A stretch of 64,000 nucleotides of DNA, from contig OZ255836.1 in assembly GCA_965277715.1 (NCBI GenBank), positions 3,904,001 to 3,968,000 on the forward strand. The letters run 5' to 3'. Made by a program: the position numbers and the translations under genes. The stretch is from Gammaproteobacteria bacterium (GTDB taxonomy: Bacteria; Pseudomonadota; Gammaproteobacteria; JBCCGL01). The notes beneath the pieces were generated by a model. The model worked only from the letters and a program-made list of their open reading frames with translations, ran no database searches and was not told the DNA's origin. Every line of letters starts with the position of its first letter. The stretch's first letter is position 1. This document shows, piece after piece, positions 17,798 to 28,381 of the stretch.

Positions 17798-19147
17798 GTG
17801 AGCGATCATAGTGAACAGAACCGGGATTTTCACAAGCAGGGCTTTCAGGGCTACCGGCAGGTAAGCCATGCGGTTGCCGATGCCGAGCTGACCCATGTTG
17901 GCCCCGGTACACCCTGTGGTGAATATATGCGCCGCTACTGGCAGCCGGTGGCAATGTCCAGTGAGTTAACCGATCTACCGATGCTGGTGGGCGTGCTGGG
18001 TGAAACACTGGTGTTGTTCCGCGATGGCAGCGGGCGCACGGGCCTGCTGCACCGGCACTGCTCACACCGGGGCGCCTCGCTGGAGTACGGCATCGTCGCC
18101 GAGCGCGGCATCATCTGCTGCTACCACGGCTGGCACTACGATATCGACGGCACATTGATCCAGGCCGGTTCAGAGCGTGTGGGCAGCCCACTGTGCCGCA
18201 AAGTCGTGCACGGCGCCTACCCGACACACGAACACAACGGCCTTATCTTCGCCTACCTCGGCCCGCCAGAGGAAGTGCCGGATTTTCCGGTTTACGATAC
18301 CGAGTCCATGCCCGGCACCGAGGCTGTGCCCTTTTCAATCACCACCCCGTGCAACTGGTTGCAGGTGTACGAAAACACCCAAGACCCAATCCACGTGCTG
18401 CACCTGCATGCGCGCTCCAGCGGTGTGCAGTTTGGCGCTGCCTCCGGGGTTGAGCAGACCATCGACTACAGCGATACCCCGCTGGGGATGATGAATATCC
18501 AGGCGCGGCACGTCGGTGGGCATATCTGGGCGCGCACCACCGATTCGATTCTGCCCAACGCCAACCAGACCGGCGCCATCTTCGAGGAGGCCGAATGCCC
18601 CAAATACTTTCAACGGGTATCAATGCTGCGCTGGATGCTGCCGGTGGATAACACCACCACACGCACCATCGGCTGGCGCTTTTTCAGCCCGGCGCTGGAC
18701 CCGCGTGGGCAGTGCTGCAAAGAAAATGTCGGCAAAGAGTCTATCGACTTTGTTGGCCAGACTGCCGACGAGCGGCCCTACCAGGATCGACAACGCCAGC
18801 CGGGCGACTACGAGGCGCAAGTATCGCAGCGGCCCATTGCCATCCACGCCAACGAAAACCTCACCGGCTTTGATGCGGGCGTCGTGCGCCTGCGCGGCCT
18901 ATTGCGGCGGCACATCCGCGCCCTGCAAAATGGCGAGCCGGTTCCGCGCCCCGTACCACAGCCCGGCGGTATTCCCAGCTACTGCCAGGATACCGTCACC
19001 GCCTGGAAAGATAGCGCTGGGCAGGGCGAAACCGCCATTCTGCGCGCCTATGGCCGCCGCGTCGCCGACGCAGTATTATCGACAGACACACTGACCCCTG
19101 AAGCGCGAGCAGCGCGCATCCGCACCTTATGCGAGCAAGGCACATAG
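17798..19147 (+). CDS. Rieske non-heme iron oxygenase alpha subunit (phthalate dioxygenase/LigX-like)
   Basis: CSH...CCYHGW; ENTQDPIHVLHLH; GAGG SD plus GTG 17798. Confidence 0.9.
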   Translation: MSDHSEQNRDFHKQGFQGYRQVSHAVADAELTHVGPGTPCGEYMRRYWQPVAMSSELTDLPMLVGVLGETLVLFRDGSGRTGLLHRHCSHRGASLEYGIVAERGIICCYHGWHYDIDGTLIQAGSERVGSPLCRKVVHGAYPTHEHNGLIFAYLGPPEEVPDFPVYDTESMPGTEAVPFSITTPCNWLQVYENTQDPIHVLHLHARSSGVQFGAASGVEQTIDYSDTPLGMMNIQARHVGGHIWARTTDSILPNANQTGAIFEEAECPKYFQRVSMLRWMLPVDNTTTRTIGWRFFSPALDPRGQCCKENVGKESIDFVGQTADERPYQDRQRQPGDYEAQVSQRPIAIHANENLTGFDAGVVRLRGLLRRHIRALQNGEPVPRPVPQPGGIPSYCQDTVTAWKDSAGQGETAILRAYGRRVADAVLSTDTLTPEARAARIRTLCEQGT

Positions 19148-19216
19148 CGCTGCCAATAAACTAAACTTCAACACAATTCACCCATTACCCTTTACCACTT
19201 AAAAAGAGGAAATACC

Positions 19217-20008
19217 ATGATCAAAAAACACCTACTGGCCAGCCTGGCCGCCGCTGCTCTGCTGGTTTCCGGTGGTTCGCTGGCGGCAGAGCGCTCGATT
19301 CTCAATGACGTACTGGATAGCGGCGTACTCAAAGTCGGCACTACGGGTGACTTTAACCCTATGTCGTTCAAAGACCCGGAAACCAAAGAATACCGTGGCC
19401 ACCAGATTGACGCGGCGAAACAACTGGCCAGTGATATGGGTGTCGAAATTGAATTTGTCCCCACCGACTGGAAAACGCTGATTAATGGTGTGGTCGCGGG
19501 GAAATACCACGTCGTTATGACCGGCACCTCAATGACGATTGGCCGCGCCAAGGTCGCCGGTTACACCATCCCCTGGGGGCGCACGGGGTATCTGCCTTTA
19601 ACGCGCAAGGAACTGGCCGATAAATTTACCACCTGGGAAGATTTGAATAGCCCGGATGTCACTATTGGTTATAACCTGGGCACCTCGTTTGCCGATTTTG
19701 TCAAAACCCGTTTACCGAAAGCCAAGACCAAAGAGGTCGAGTCACCGGCACGCGATTGGCAGGAACTGTTGGCGGGCCGGGTGGATGTGACTATTTCCAG
19801 TAGCCTGGAAGCGGGACAATTACAAGCCACCCACGATGCTTTGGAGATTCCCTTTGAGTGGATCGCCAACAGTCTGCCGTTGTCGTTTATTGTGCCGCAG
19901 GGTGATCAGGTATGGTTGAATTTTCTCAATAACTGGATGCGTATGAAAATTGAAATCGGCTATTTCAAGGCGTTGAATGCCACTTGGGGGATTCAGGGGC
20001 AGGGTTAA
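19217..20008 (+). CDS. Amino-acid ABC substrate-binding protein (family 3, PheC-like)
   Basis: Signal peptide; LKVGTTGDFNPMSF. Confidence 0.88.
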   Translation: MIKKHLLASLAAAALLVSGGSLAAERSILNDVLDSGVLKVGTTGDFNPMSFKDPETKEYRGHQIDAAKQLASDMGVEIEFVPTDWKTLINGVVAGKYHVVMTGTSMTIGRAKVAGYTIPWGRTGYLPLTRKELADKFTTWEDLNSPDVTIGYNLGTSFADFVKTRLPKAKTKEVESPARDWQELLAGRVDVTISSSLEAGQLQATHDALEIPFEWIANSLPLSFIVPQGDQVWLNFLNNWMRMKIEIGYFKALNATWGIQGQG

Positions 20009-20031
20009 GCGGCATACTGCCTGAACACCCC

Positions 20032-20061
20032 CACCCCCTCTTTGATAAAGAGGGGGTGTTT
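20032..20061 (+). terminator. Hairpin, probable intrinsic terminator
   Basis: CACCCCCTCTTT-GAT-AAAGAGGGGGTG followed by TTT. Confidence 0.6.
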
Positions 20062-20153
20062 GACAGCGAAGCCACAAAACTAAGCATCGCCACTTTTTTT
20101 CAAAAGAAATTTAATGCGATGATCCACCACCTACACTGCCAACGAAAGCAACA

Positions 20154-21308
20154 ATGAAAATCAACCCCAACGTACATAACTGTACCCCGGCCCCCATTGC
20201 TGAAGCCTGGTCATGGGTAAAAACCCCCGATGCCGACTCACTGCTCAACTTATGCCAGGCAGTACCTGCCCACCTACCACCGCAATCACTGCTGGATCAT
20301 ATCGGTACAGCCATCGCTGCCGGTAAAGGCGCAATGTACACCGACATCGCCGGGATTCAGCCATTGCGTGACGCCCTGGCTGACAACATCCAAACACGTT
20401 ATGGCGGTGACGTGCGCGGCGAAGATGTAATGGTCACCGCTGGCTGCAACCAGGCATTTTGTGCGGTAATCGATAGCCTGTGCCGCCGGGGCGATAACGT
20501 CATCATGCCGCTACCCTATTACTTTAACCACGCCATGTGGTTATCGATTCGGGGGATTGACGTGCAAAGCCTGCCATTTGATGCAGATAACACCGACCCG
20601 GACTACACCCTCGCCGAACAACGTATCGACGACGACACCCGCGCCATTGTATTGGTTTCACCGAACAACCCGACCGGCGCCGTGTATACCCCGGCGTGCC
20701 TAAAACAGTTTCAGCAACTGGCTGAAGCGAAAGGCATCGCCTTGATTATCGACGAAACCTACCGCGATTTTGTCGATGAACAACAGACCCTGCACACACT
20801 GTTCAGCCAGCAAAACTGGCGAGACAGCTTTATTCATCTCTACAGTTTTTCAAAAGTGTACAGCTTAACCGGGCACCGCGTCGGCGCTATCGTCGCCGGT
20901 GAAAAACTGCGCGCCCAACTGGAAAAAATCCAGGATTGCGTGGCAATCAGCGCCCCGCACGTCGGCCAGCTTGCCGCCTTATATGGGTTGTTACACCTGG
21001 ACGGGTGGAAGCGCAAAAAAGCCAATGAATTGATGGCCAAGGCAGAGGCGATAAGGCGGGCGTTTCAACACCCGGACCTCAGTTATAAGCTAATTAGCGT
21101 GGGCGCCTATTTCGCCTATGTGCAACACCCTTTTGAAGAGGACGCCTGGGCGGTGGCAAAACGCCTCGCGCAGCAATTTGAACTGGTGTGCCTGCCGGGC
21201 AGCTACTTTGGTGGGGGACAACAACGCTACCTGCGGTTTGCCTTTGCCAATCTTGAGGTTGATGTATTTCCGCGTATTGTCGAGCGTTTGTTGCTCAGTC
21301 AGTCGTAG
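20154..21308 (+). CDS. PLP-dependent aminotransferase, class I/II
   Basis: SPNNPTG, DETY, SFSKVYSLTGHRVG. Confidence 0.93.
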   Translation: MKINPNVHNCTPAPIAEAWSWVKTPDADSLLNLCQAVPAHLPPQSLLDHIGTAIAAGKGAMYTDIAGIQPLRDALADNIQTRYGGDVRGEDVMVTAGCNQAFCAVIDSLCRRGDNVIMPLPYYFNHAMWLSIRGIDVQSLPFDADNTDPDYTLAEQRIDDDTRAIVLVSPNNPTGAVYTPACLKQFQQLAEAKGIALIIDETYRDFVDEQQTLHTLFSQQNWRDSFIHLYSFSKVYSLTGHRVGAIVAGEKLRAQLEKIQDCVAISAPHVGQLAALYGLLHLDGWKRKKANELMAKAEAIRRAFQHPDLSYKLISVGAYFAYVQHPFEEDAWAVAKRLAQQFELVCLPGSYFGGGQQRYLRFAFANLEVDVFPRIVERLLLSQS

Positions 21309-21452
21309 GGTTTTATAAATAACAGCGGTAGTGGGTTTTGAACAGTTGGGGAAAATAGTGCCAGTAGCAAAGCAACGGAATGTAATAAGTACTGAAGAAT
21401 ACCTGCAAGGAGAGCGTGTTAGCGATACTAAACACGCCTTAATGCATGGCGT

Positions 21453-22118
21453 TTAGTGCCCGGTTAGTATTTTTTGCAGCCACAGAGAAATATCGCCTAC
21501 TTGTTGCGGGCACACGCTGTGTTCCATTGGGTAGGTTTTGTAGTCTGGGGAGTAGCCTTGTGCCTGTAGTAATGCCAGGGCTTTTTGTCCCAATGGTTCA
21601 GGTACTACCGGGTCCATCGTGCCGTGAAAAATGCCGATAGGCAGCGCCGCATTGGCGGGGTGCAGGGCAATTGTGTCGTGTGTGGCGAAGTAGGTGGATA
21701 AGGCCATCAATCCCCCCAGTTTTTCCGGGTAGCTGAGGGCGGCCTGGTAGCCGACTGCGCCGCCCTGGGAAAAGCCTGCAAGGATGATTCTGTTTGCCGC
21801 GATGCCATTATCGGTTTCCCGTTTAATCAGTGCCTGTATCGCCTGGGCGGAGGCTTCCAGTTGTGGGGTGTCGATACGACGGTCGATGTTCATTTCAACG
21901 ATGTCATACCACGCAGGCATGACGTAGCCATTATTTATGGTCACGGGTATTGAGGGCGCATGCGGGAATATAAAGCGGGTGGGCAGGCCCGGTGGCAGGT
22001 TTAATTCTGGCACTAATGGCTCAAAATCGTGGCCGTCAGCACCGAGGCCGTGCAGCCAGATGACAGCACTATCGGCTGGGGTGGCAGGGTTGACTTCGAC
22101 ACAAGGGAGTAATGGCAT
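21453..22118 (-). CDS. Carboxylesterase/phospholipase
   Basis: WLHGLGAD, GFSQGG, HGTMDPVV. Confidence 0.93.
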   Translation of the reverse strand: MPLLPCVEVNPATPADSAVIWLHGLGADGHDFEPLVPELNLPPGLPTRFIFPHAPSIPVTINNGYVMPAWYDIVEMNIDRRIDTPQLEASAQAIQALIKRETDNGIAANRIILAGFSQGGAVGYQAALSYPEKLGGLMALSTYFATHDTIALHPANAALPIGIFHGTMDPVVPEPLGQKALALLQAQGYSPDYKTYPMEHSVCPQQVGDISLWLQKILTGH

Positions 22119-22258
22119 GGCAGTGTGATTTTGGCTATAGTTGGAATAAGTGAATATGTTAAACCTAAATGACGCAGTGCATTAAACATTCTCGCTATTA
22201 TTCAACTGGTTGTCAGGTTCAATCATTTATTCATTCACGCCAGGGAACCTCCCGTCCC

Positions 22259-23527
22259 ATGTCTGCATCAGCTAAAAGCACAGTTACCCACCGTGGTGCA
22301 ATTATTGCCTTTTCACTCGGTACGCTGTTTTTCGGTTACGCCTTTATCCAGCGGGTCTCACCGAGTGTGATGACTAACGAGTTGATGCGTGACTTTTCTG
22401 TGGGTGGTGCTGCGCTCGGTTCGCTGTCAGCGTTTTATTTTTATGCTTACGCCGGGATGCAATTGCCGGTGGGTATGCTTACCGATCGTTTTGGCCCGCG
22501 CAAGTTGATGAGCTGTGCGGCGGCACTGTGCGCCGTTGCCTCGCTGATTTTTGCATGGAGTGATTCGCTGTTTGTCGCTGCATTGGGGCGAACGTTAATT
22601 GGCGCAACGGTGGCGTTTGGCTTTGTCGGCAGTCTCGCCATCGCCGCTTATTGGTTTCAAGCAAAACACTACACGGTACTTGCCGGTGTGTTGCAGGCGG
22701 TGGGCATGTGCGGCGCTATTTTTGGCCAGGCGCCATTGCGTGAAGTGGTCGAGAGCCAGGGCTGGCGGGGCACGATGATGGCATTGGCCGCTGTTGCACT
22801 GCTGTTGTCGGTGTTGTTGTGGGTGCTGGTGCCGCGCCGTTCCCGTGTGCAGAGGTGCGTTGAAGTGCGCAGCGGTCTGTTTAGTGGTCTGCGTGTTGTC
22901 GCCAGCAATAGGCAAACCTGGTTTTGCGCCTTGATTGGTTTTGGTATGGCGGCGACGATGCTGGGGTTTGCCGGGTTATGGGCGGTGCCCTGGTTGAGCA
23001 GTGTGCACGGATATTCGACGGCGCAGGCTGCCGGTATTGCCTCTATGTTGTTTATCGGTTGGGCGGTTTTTTCCCCGTTGGTTGGTTGGGTCTCTGACTA
23101 CAGCGGGCGTCGAAATATTATTATGACGCTGGGCTCACTGCTGGGCCTGGCCGCTTTTTCATCAACGTTGTTTCTCACCCCACAAAATACACCGTTACTG
23201 ATGGTACTGGTGTTTCTCGCGGGCGTCGGCGGCAGTGCCATGACGGCGTGTTTTAGCGCAGTAAAAGAGCATAACCGGCTCGAATACAGCAGTACGGCGC
23301 TGGGCTTGATCAATATGTGCATCGTCGGTTCTGGTGCATTAATGCAGCCGTTAATTGGCTGGTTGCTCGATCTCAATTGGGCGGGTACGATTATCGACGG
23401 TGCACGCATTTACTCGGCGGATGCTTATACGTTGGCGTTTTCCAGTTTATTGGTTGTGAACGCGGCCGCCTTTATTGGTACATTGTTGTTGCGTGAAACC
23501 GGGTGTCAGCAAGTAAATAAAGACTGA
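22259..23527 (+). CDS. MFS transporter
   Basis: GMLTDRFGPRK motif A; about 12 hydrophobic segments. Confidence 0.92.
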   Translation: MSASAKSTVTHRGAIIAFSLGTLFFGYAFIQRVSPSVMTNELMRDFSVGGAALGSLSAFYFYAYAGMQLPVGMLTDRFGPRKLMSCAAALCAVASLIFAWSDSLFVAALGRTLIGATVAFGFVGSLAIAAYWFQAKHYTVLAGVLQAVGMCGAIFGQAPLREVVESQGWRGTMMALAAVALLLSVLLWVLVPRRSRVQRCVEVRSGLFSGLRVVASNRQTWFCALIGFGMAATMLGFAGLWAVPWLSSVHGYSTAQAAGIASMLFIGWAVFSPLVGWVSDYSGRRNIIMTLGSLLGLAAFSSTLFLTPQNTPLLMVLVFLAGVGGSAMTACFSAVKEHNRLEYSSTALGLINMCIVGSGALMQPLIGWLLDLNWAGTIIDGARIYSADAYTLAFSSLLVVNAAAFIGTLLLRETGCQQVNKD

Positions 23528-23553
23528 TTAATAGAAACCTTGTGAGAATTTGA

Positions 23554-24432
23554 ATGCAAACATTGACAACTGATAACTACGAAACCATCGGCGTTTTCCC
23601 ATTGAGCCATGCAGTGGGAGCAGAAATAGACGGGGTTGATATTGCCGCCGGCGTTAGCGAGAAACAGTTCGCTGAAATCCGCCGGGCATTTACTGACTAC
23701 AGCGTGATATTTTTTCGCGGGCAATCGTTAAGCCCGGATCAGCATATTGCGTTTGCGCAGCGCTGGGGCAAGATCAACGTCAACCGTTTTTTTCAACCCG
23801 TTGAAAGCCACCCTATCATTGCTGAAGTGCGCAAGGAGGCACACCAGAAATCCAATATTGGCGCCGCCTGGCACACGGATCACAGTTACGATGAAATCCC
23901 GGCGATGGGGTCAATTCTGTATGCACGCGCTGTGCCTGAGGTTGGTGGGGATACTTTATTTGCGAGTATGTACGCCGCCTACGAAACCCTTTCCGATGGA
24001 ATGAAAAAGATGTTGCACAGTCTGCGTGCCGAGCACTCCAGTCGCCATGTGTTTGGTGAGCAGGCGTATGTGGGCATAGACACGGATGATATTGGTGAGC
24101 GGCTTGGCAATATCTCTGCGGCCACACAGGATGCCGTGCACCCTGTGGTGATTCGCCACCCGTTGTCCGGTCGACCAGCGTTATATGTCAACGGTGATTT
24201 CACGGTTAAATTTGAAGGCTGGAGCCAGCAGGAATCACAACCGCTGCTGGATTTTTTGTATCAGCATGCGCGACAAAATGAATTTACCTGTCGCTTTAAG
24301 TGGCAACAGGGTTCGATGGCGATATGGGATAACCGTGCCACGCATCACTGTGCGTTAAATGATTATCACGGTGAGCGCCGGTTGATGCACCGTATTACTA
24401 TTGACGGTGAGGCGCTGTCTGCGGCGGTTTGA
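23554..24432 (+). CDS. TauD/TfdA-family Fe(II)/2-oxoglutarate dioxygenase
   Basis: WHTD, GGDTLF, WDNRATHH. Confidence 0.93.
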   Translation: MQTLTTDNYETIGVFPLSHAVGAEIDGVDIAAGVSEKQFAEIRRAFTDYSVIFFRGQSLSPDQHIAFAQRWGKINVNRFFQPVESHPIIAEVRKEAHQKSNIGAAWHTDHSYDEIPAMGSILYARAVPEVGGDTLFASMYAAYETLSDGMKKMLHSLRAEHSSRHVFGEQAYVGIDTDDIGERLGNISAATQDAVHPVVIRHPLSGRPALYVNGDFTVKFEGWSQQESQPLLDFLYQHARQNEFTCRFKWQQGSMAIWDNRATHHCALNDYHGERRLMHRITIDGEALSAAV

Positions 24433-24600
24433 TGTGGCCGTGTCGTAAAGGTGTGCTACTGTCGGGTGGCATGAGGTTTCACTCGTGATGCCTCAGTGTA
24501 TTTCTCTATCCTTTTGATAAGTGTTATTGGCCTTATCGCGGGCTTTTATAGGCAGCAACTGGAAGGCAGGTCCTCAAAGGTTGTTTAGACGTTATCGTCT

Positions 24601-25494
24601 TTATTTTATCGAGTTGAGCGTTAACGCTGATTGGCTAAAATCGAGCGCCGCATCGACACCGAGACGAAGGCTTGTGTTGATGGGGCCATGCCCCGATGTG
24701 AGGCCGAAAGCGATTGGGAAACTGGAGCCCTTGAGGGCATCCAACACGACGTCTGTAAGACCATTGTAAGGGTCGGTGCATTTGTGCATCGTCCCCAGAA
24801 CGAGGCCATTAATCATTTCCAGCGTGCCAGAATTGATCAGGTGCTGGAGCATTCGGTCTATTTTGTAGGGAGCTTCGTCAACGTCTTCGAGAAAGAGAAT
24901 TGTATTTTCAAGGTCGGGGCAAAACGGTGTTCCAATGCCCGTACAAAGAATCGAGAGGCAGCCACCGACAAACCGCCCGGAAGCGGTTCCGGGTCGGATA
25001 AATTCCAGCTGAAACGCCTGATCTTTTCCTTCAAAAATCGCCGCTCTTAGCGACTGTCGGTTGTATTGGCCTTCATGCGTATCATCCAATAGCTGGCGCG
25101 TTGCAATATTTGGCCCGTGAACACAGGAGACAGAAGGAAAACTGGCGAGGGCTGCCATATGCAGGGAAGTAATATCAGAGTGCCCAATCAGTAGTTTTTC
25201 TGAAACGGTATTTTGTGCGGGCAAGCCACGCAATAACCGGGCGCATCCATATCCACCACGAATGCAAAATATCGCTTTGATCTCAGGGTCAATCAGTGCG
25301 CGGTTGAGGTGTGCCTGCCGCTCGTAGTCTGAGCCTGCTAAATAGAAATAGTGGTCGGACGCTACTGAAACGGTTACGTTCAGTGACCAGCTTTTGAGTA
25401 AATCGACTGCTTTTTGCAGGAGCTCCCGGTCTGCGCTACGAAATTGTGACGCCGGCGCAATAATGGCAACCTGATCGTTTGACCTTAACAACAT
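24601..25494 (-). CDS. LD-carboxypeptidase (peptidase S66)
   Basis: RGGYG, GHSDIT, LFLEDVDE, SGH. Confidence 0.9.
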   Translation of the reverse strand: MLLRSNDQVAIIAPASQFRSADRELLQKAVDLLKSWSLNVTVSVASDHYFYLAGSDYERQAHLNRALIDPEIKAIFCIRGGYGCARLLRGLPAQNTVSEKLLIGHSDITSLHMAALASFPSVSCVHGPNIATRQLLDDTHEGQYNRQSLRAAIFEGKDQAFQLEFIRPGTASGRFVGGCLSILCTGIGTPFCPDLENTILFLEDVDEAPYKIDRMLQHLINSGTLEMINGLVLGTMHKCTDPYNGLTDVVLDALKGSSFPIAFGLTSGHGPINTSLRLGVDAALDFSQSALTLNSIK

Positions 25495-25581
25495 GTTGTC
25501 TGCCTCTATTAGGTACTTTGTAAGGGCGGCCCAAATGCGAAGTTGGGTGATTTTTCTGGCGTTTGGTATGGCAACGGATTG

Positions 25582-25706
25582 AACCTAAATTCCGCAGTTG
25601 AATCTACTGCGAGCACCTGATGCACAGAATCTAAAGCGCTTTTACCAGCATTTCATCTTCAGCACCTTAGACGCCCTCGCTACAATTCAACTGCGGAGTT
25701 TAGATT
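25582..25706. mobile_element. 125-bp MITE-like element with 22-bp terminal inverted repeats
   Basis: AACCTAAATTCCGCAGTTGAAT...ATTCAACTGCGGAGTTTAGATT (2 mismatches); related copies at 36009 and 58429. Confidence 0.7.
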
Positions 25707-25924
25707 GAAGATAATAGCATCCAGATTGTAAAACATAATTTTTCTCTGCCTCTATCGCCTACCTTCCTGTGAATAACCGGAGTGCTGGATTGGCGTATCG
25801 CCTTGCCCAGGTTGCTGCAAGCGTGGCACCTTGGTAGTGAAGAGGGGTGGTCAATCAAAAAAATACTCGTCAGATCAATGTGCAATACTCTCAAAATCGA
25901 CCGGGGTGAGCACTGTGAGCATTT

Positions 25925-26464
25925 ATGTCTAATGAATCCTGCATCTATGTAACAGGGCTGCCGGGTGCAGGGAAAACCACAGTTGGGAGGTATATAGCTA
26001 AGCTGCTGGCTATACCGATTTTAGATAAGGATGACTATCTGGAAGCGCTGTTCGAGACGCGTGGCGTTGGCGACATGGCGTGGCGGCATAAGCTAAGCCG
26101 GGAGGCAGATGTAATTTTTCAACGGGAAGCCAGGTCAATCAATAGAACGGTATTGGTTTCCCATTGGCGGCCAAAGGGTGCCTTGGCCGATTATGGCACA
26201 CCGTGCGAATGGTTAACCGCCACGTACAAAACAGTGATTGAAGTGCACTGCGATTGCCCAATCGGTGTAGCTGCCAGCCGTTTTACCAATAGAGTGCGGC
26301 ATAAAGGCCATGCGGACGAGACAAGATCCAGCGCCGAAATTGAGGCGTGGTTAAACGACTATGCCGATCATCTTCCTATCGGGTTAGGGGCGCGTTTTGT
26401 GGTGAGCAGTGTAAGCCGAACATGGCAGGATGAAATTAAAAACGCCTTTCAGGAACACGTGTAA
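25925..26464 (+). CDS. P-loop kinase (AAA_33-like)
   Basis: GLPGAGKTT. Confidence 0.8.
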   Translation: MSNESCIYVTGLPGAGKTTVGRYIAKLLAIPILDKDDYLEALFETRGVGDMAWRHKLSREADVIFQREARSINRTVLVSHWRPKGALADYGTPCEWLTATYKTVIEVHCDCPIGVAASRFTNRVRHKGHADETRSSAEIEAWLNDYADHLPIGLGARFVVSSVSRTWQDEIKNAFQEHV

Positions 26465-26634
26465 AAAACGCATATAGGTGGTCGAAATTCCTGCTAATGC
26501 GAGGCGTTATATTTGCAGGCGCATAGGATGTGATAGGCTTTTGCCGTTTCATTTTCCCCGCGCTGGGTTACGCCGGTTTCAGGTAGCCAGTGCGCTTATT
26601 AATAACGCCCGATGCTTTCGGAGTAAAAATAACC

Positions 26635-27390
26635 GTGAACCAAAAAAACAAAACCGCAATTGTTACCGGTGCTGGCACCGGCATTGGCAAAGCCGTGGCC
26701 GCAATGTTTCTGGCCAATGACTATTGCGTTGTTCTTACCGGCAGGCGCGAGGAAAAGCTACGCCAAGTTATCGATAGCGCCGGGGCCGGTGGGCGGGCTT
26801 TGGCTGTCGCGGCGGATGTCGCTTCGAGCGAGGATGTTGATAGAGTGTTCGACGCCTGTATCGATACGTTTGGGCGTGTCGATGTATTGTTCAATAATGC
26901 CGGTATCGGCGCGCCAGCGGTGGATATCGACGCGTTATCGCTGGAGGATTGGCATGCGGTGGTCGATACCAATATCGGTGGTGCGTTCTTGTGTGCCAGG
27001 CGCGCTTTTAAGGCGATGAAGATGCAATCGCCAATGGGTGGTCGCATCATCAACAATGGTTCTATATCTGCCTATACACCCAGGCTCAACAGCACGCCCT
27101 ACACTATGAGCAAGCACGCCATGAGCGGCCTTACCAAGTGCTTGGCACTGGATGGGCGTCGCTACGATATTGCCTGTGGGCAGATTGACATTGGCAATGC
27201 CGAAACCCCAATGGCGGCGAGATTGGGGCAGGGCACCGCGCAAGCGGATGGGCGCATCCTCGCCGAACCCTTGATGGATGTGCAGCATGTAGCTGAAAGC
27301 GTCCTGCACATGGCGGCGTTGCCACTGAGTGCCAATGTGCTGTTTATGAATGTGATGGCGACCAAGATGCCGTTTGTGGGGCGCGGTTAG
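26635..27390 (+). CDS. SDR-family oxidoreductase
   Basis: TGAGTGIG, NNAG, YTMSK. Confidence 0.93.
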   Translation: MNQKNKTAIVTGAGTGIGKAVAAMFLANDYCVVLTGRREEKLRQVIDSAGAGGRALAVAADVASSEDVDRVFDACIDTFGRVDVLFNNAGIGAPAVDIDALSLEDWHAVVDTNIGGAFLCARRAFKAMKMQSPMGGRIINNGSISAYTPRLNSTPYTMSKHAMSGLTKCLALDGRRYDIACGQIDIGNAETPMAARLGQGTAQADGRILAEPLMDVQHVAESVLHMAALPLSANVLFMNVMATKMPFVGRG

Positions 27391-27405
27391 TGGAAAAATA
27401 CCTCA

Positions 27406-27543
27406 GACATTGCCAAAGCCAAGGTGGGTCGCTGTGGCTACGGCATCGCCTGTTATGAAGATGGTGGGTTGATTGCGGGCGGTGTATTTTTGCGGCTTGA
27501 GGAAGATTGTTTCTGGCACGTGCAAGCCGATGGTGATCTATGA
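27406..27543 (+). pseudogene. Internal fragment of a GcvT-family aminomethyltransferase
   Basis: Manual translation DIAKAKVGRCGYGIACYEDGGLIAGGVFLRLEEDCFWHVQADGDL*; no start codon. Confidence 0.6.
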
Positions 27544-27929
27544 GGTTCTGTTGGTAAAGCTAGGGCTTGGCTAGAAAGAAACTCGTAGTGTGTCAGTGGT
27601 TTATTGCTCATTGGTTTACTCCTTTGTTAGTTTAACAAGAAGCCTTGATTCAATGATTATCCGTGATACGTTGAAATTATGAACTGTTGCAATGCACCTG
27701 TTGTAATTGAATAAGAACCAAGTTGACGCTTGGTTTTTCTTGTTTTTGTGCCTATGTTGCACCGCAGATCTGAAAAACATCAATAGCAGGAAAGTAAAAA
27801 AATCCAGAAATATTCTTGTGCTGTTTGAGGTATCGTGTAATGAATTACACCTCATCTAAGGATTTATCTTTTAAAGATTAAAAGAATATATCTACTGATG
27901 GAATACTGTGGAGTTAGCAAAAAGAATAC

Positions 27930-28149
27930 TAGTGTTGCAGAAAGCTTTTTTCACACACTGAAAACAGCATTAATTTACCAGCAAAGCTGGTCAACCCGAG
28001 AGGAGGCCAGACAAGCTATTTTTGAATATATTGAGGTTTTTTACAATCGCCAGCGATTACATTCTGCTAATGGCTATTTGTCACCCGTGGATTATTAACT
28101 GTCTAAAAAGATCGCTTAAACATGTGTCCGATAAAGTGTTGACACATCA
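27930..28149 (+). mobile_element. IS3-family remnant (integrase C-terminus plus right end)
   Basis: AESFFHTLK...EYIEVFYNRQRLHS...SP; terminal TGTCCGATAAAGTGTTGACACATCA. Confidence 0.85.
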
Positions 28150-28381
28150 ATATTGTTTAAATCTACTTTTGTCAAAGTATACAATTTTAATTAATGCATT
28201 AATAAATAGTTGAATTTGACGCCGCAAAAAGCGTGGCTCAAATTAACCAAATCGGTCTTTCCCTCGCTACAAGCGCCTAAACCCGACAGACCCCTGATAT
28301 GTATTAGCTTGCAACTAATTGTTCCAGAACGTTTTTTTCTGGAACAATTATTGGCTAATGCATGAGACATTATGTATTGAC

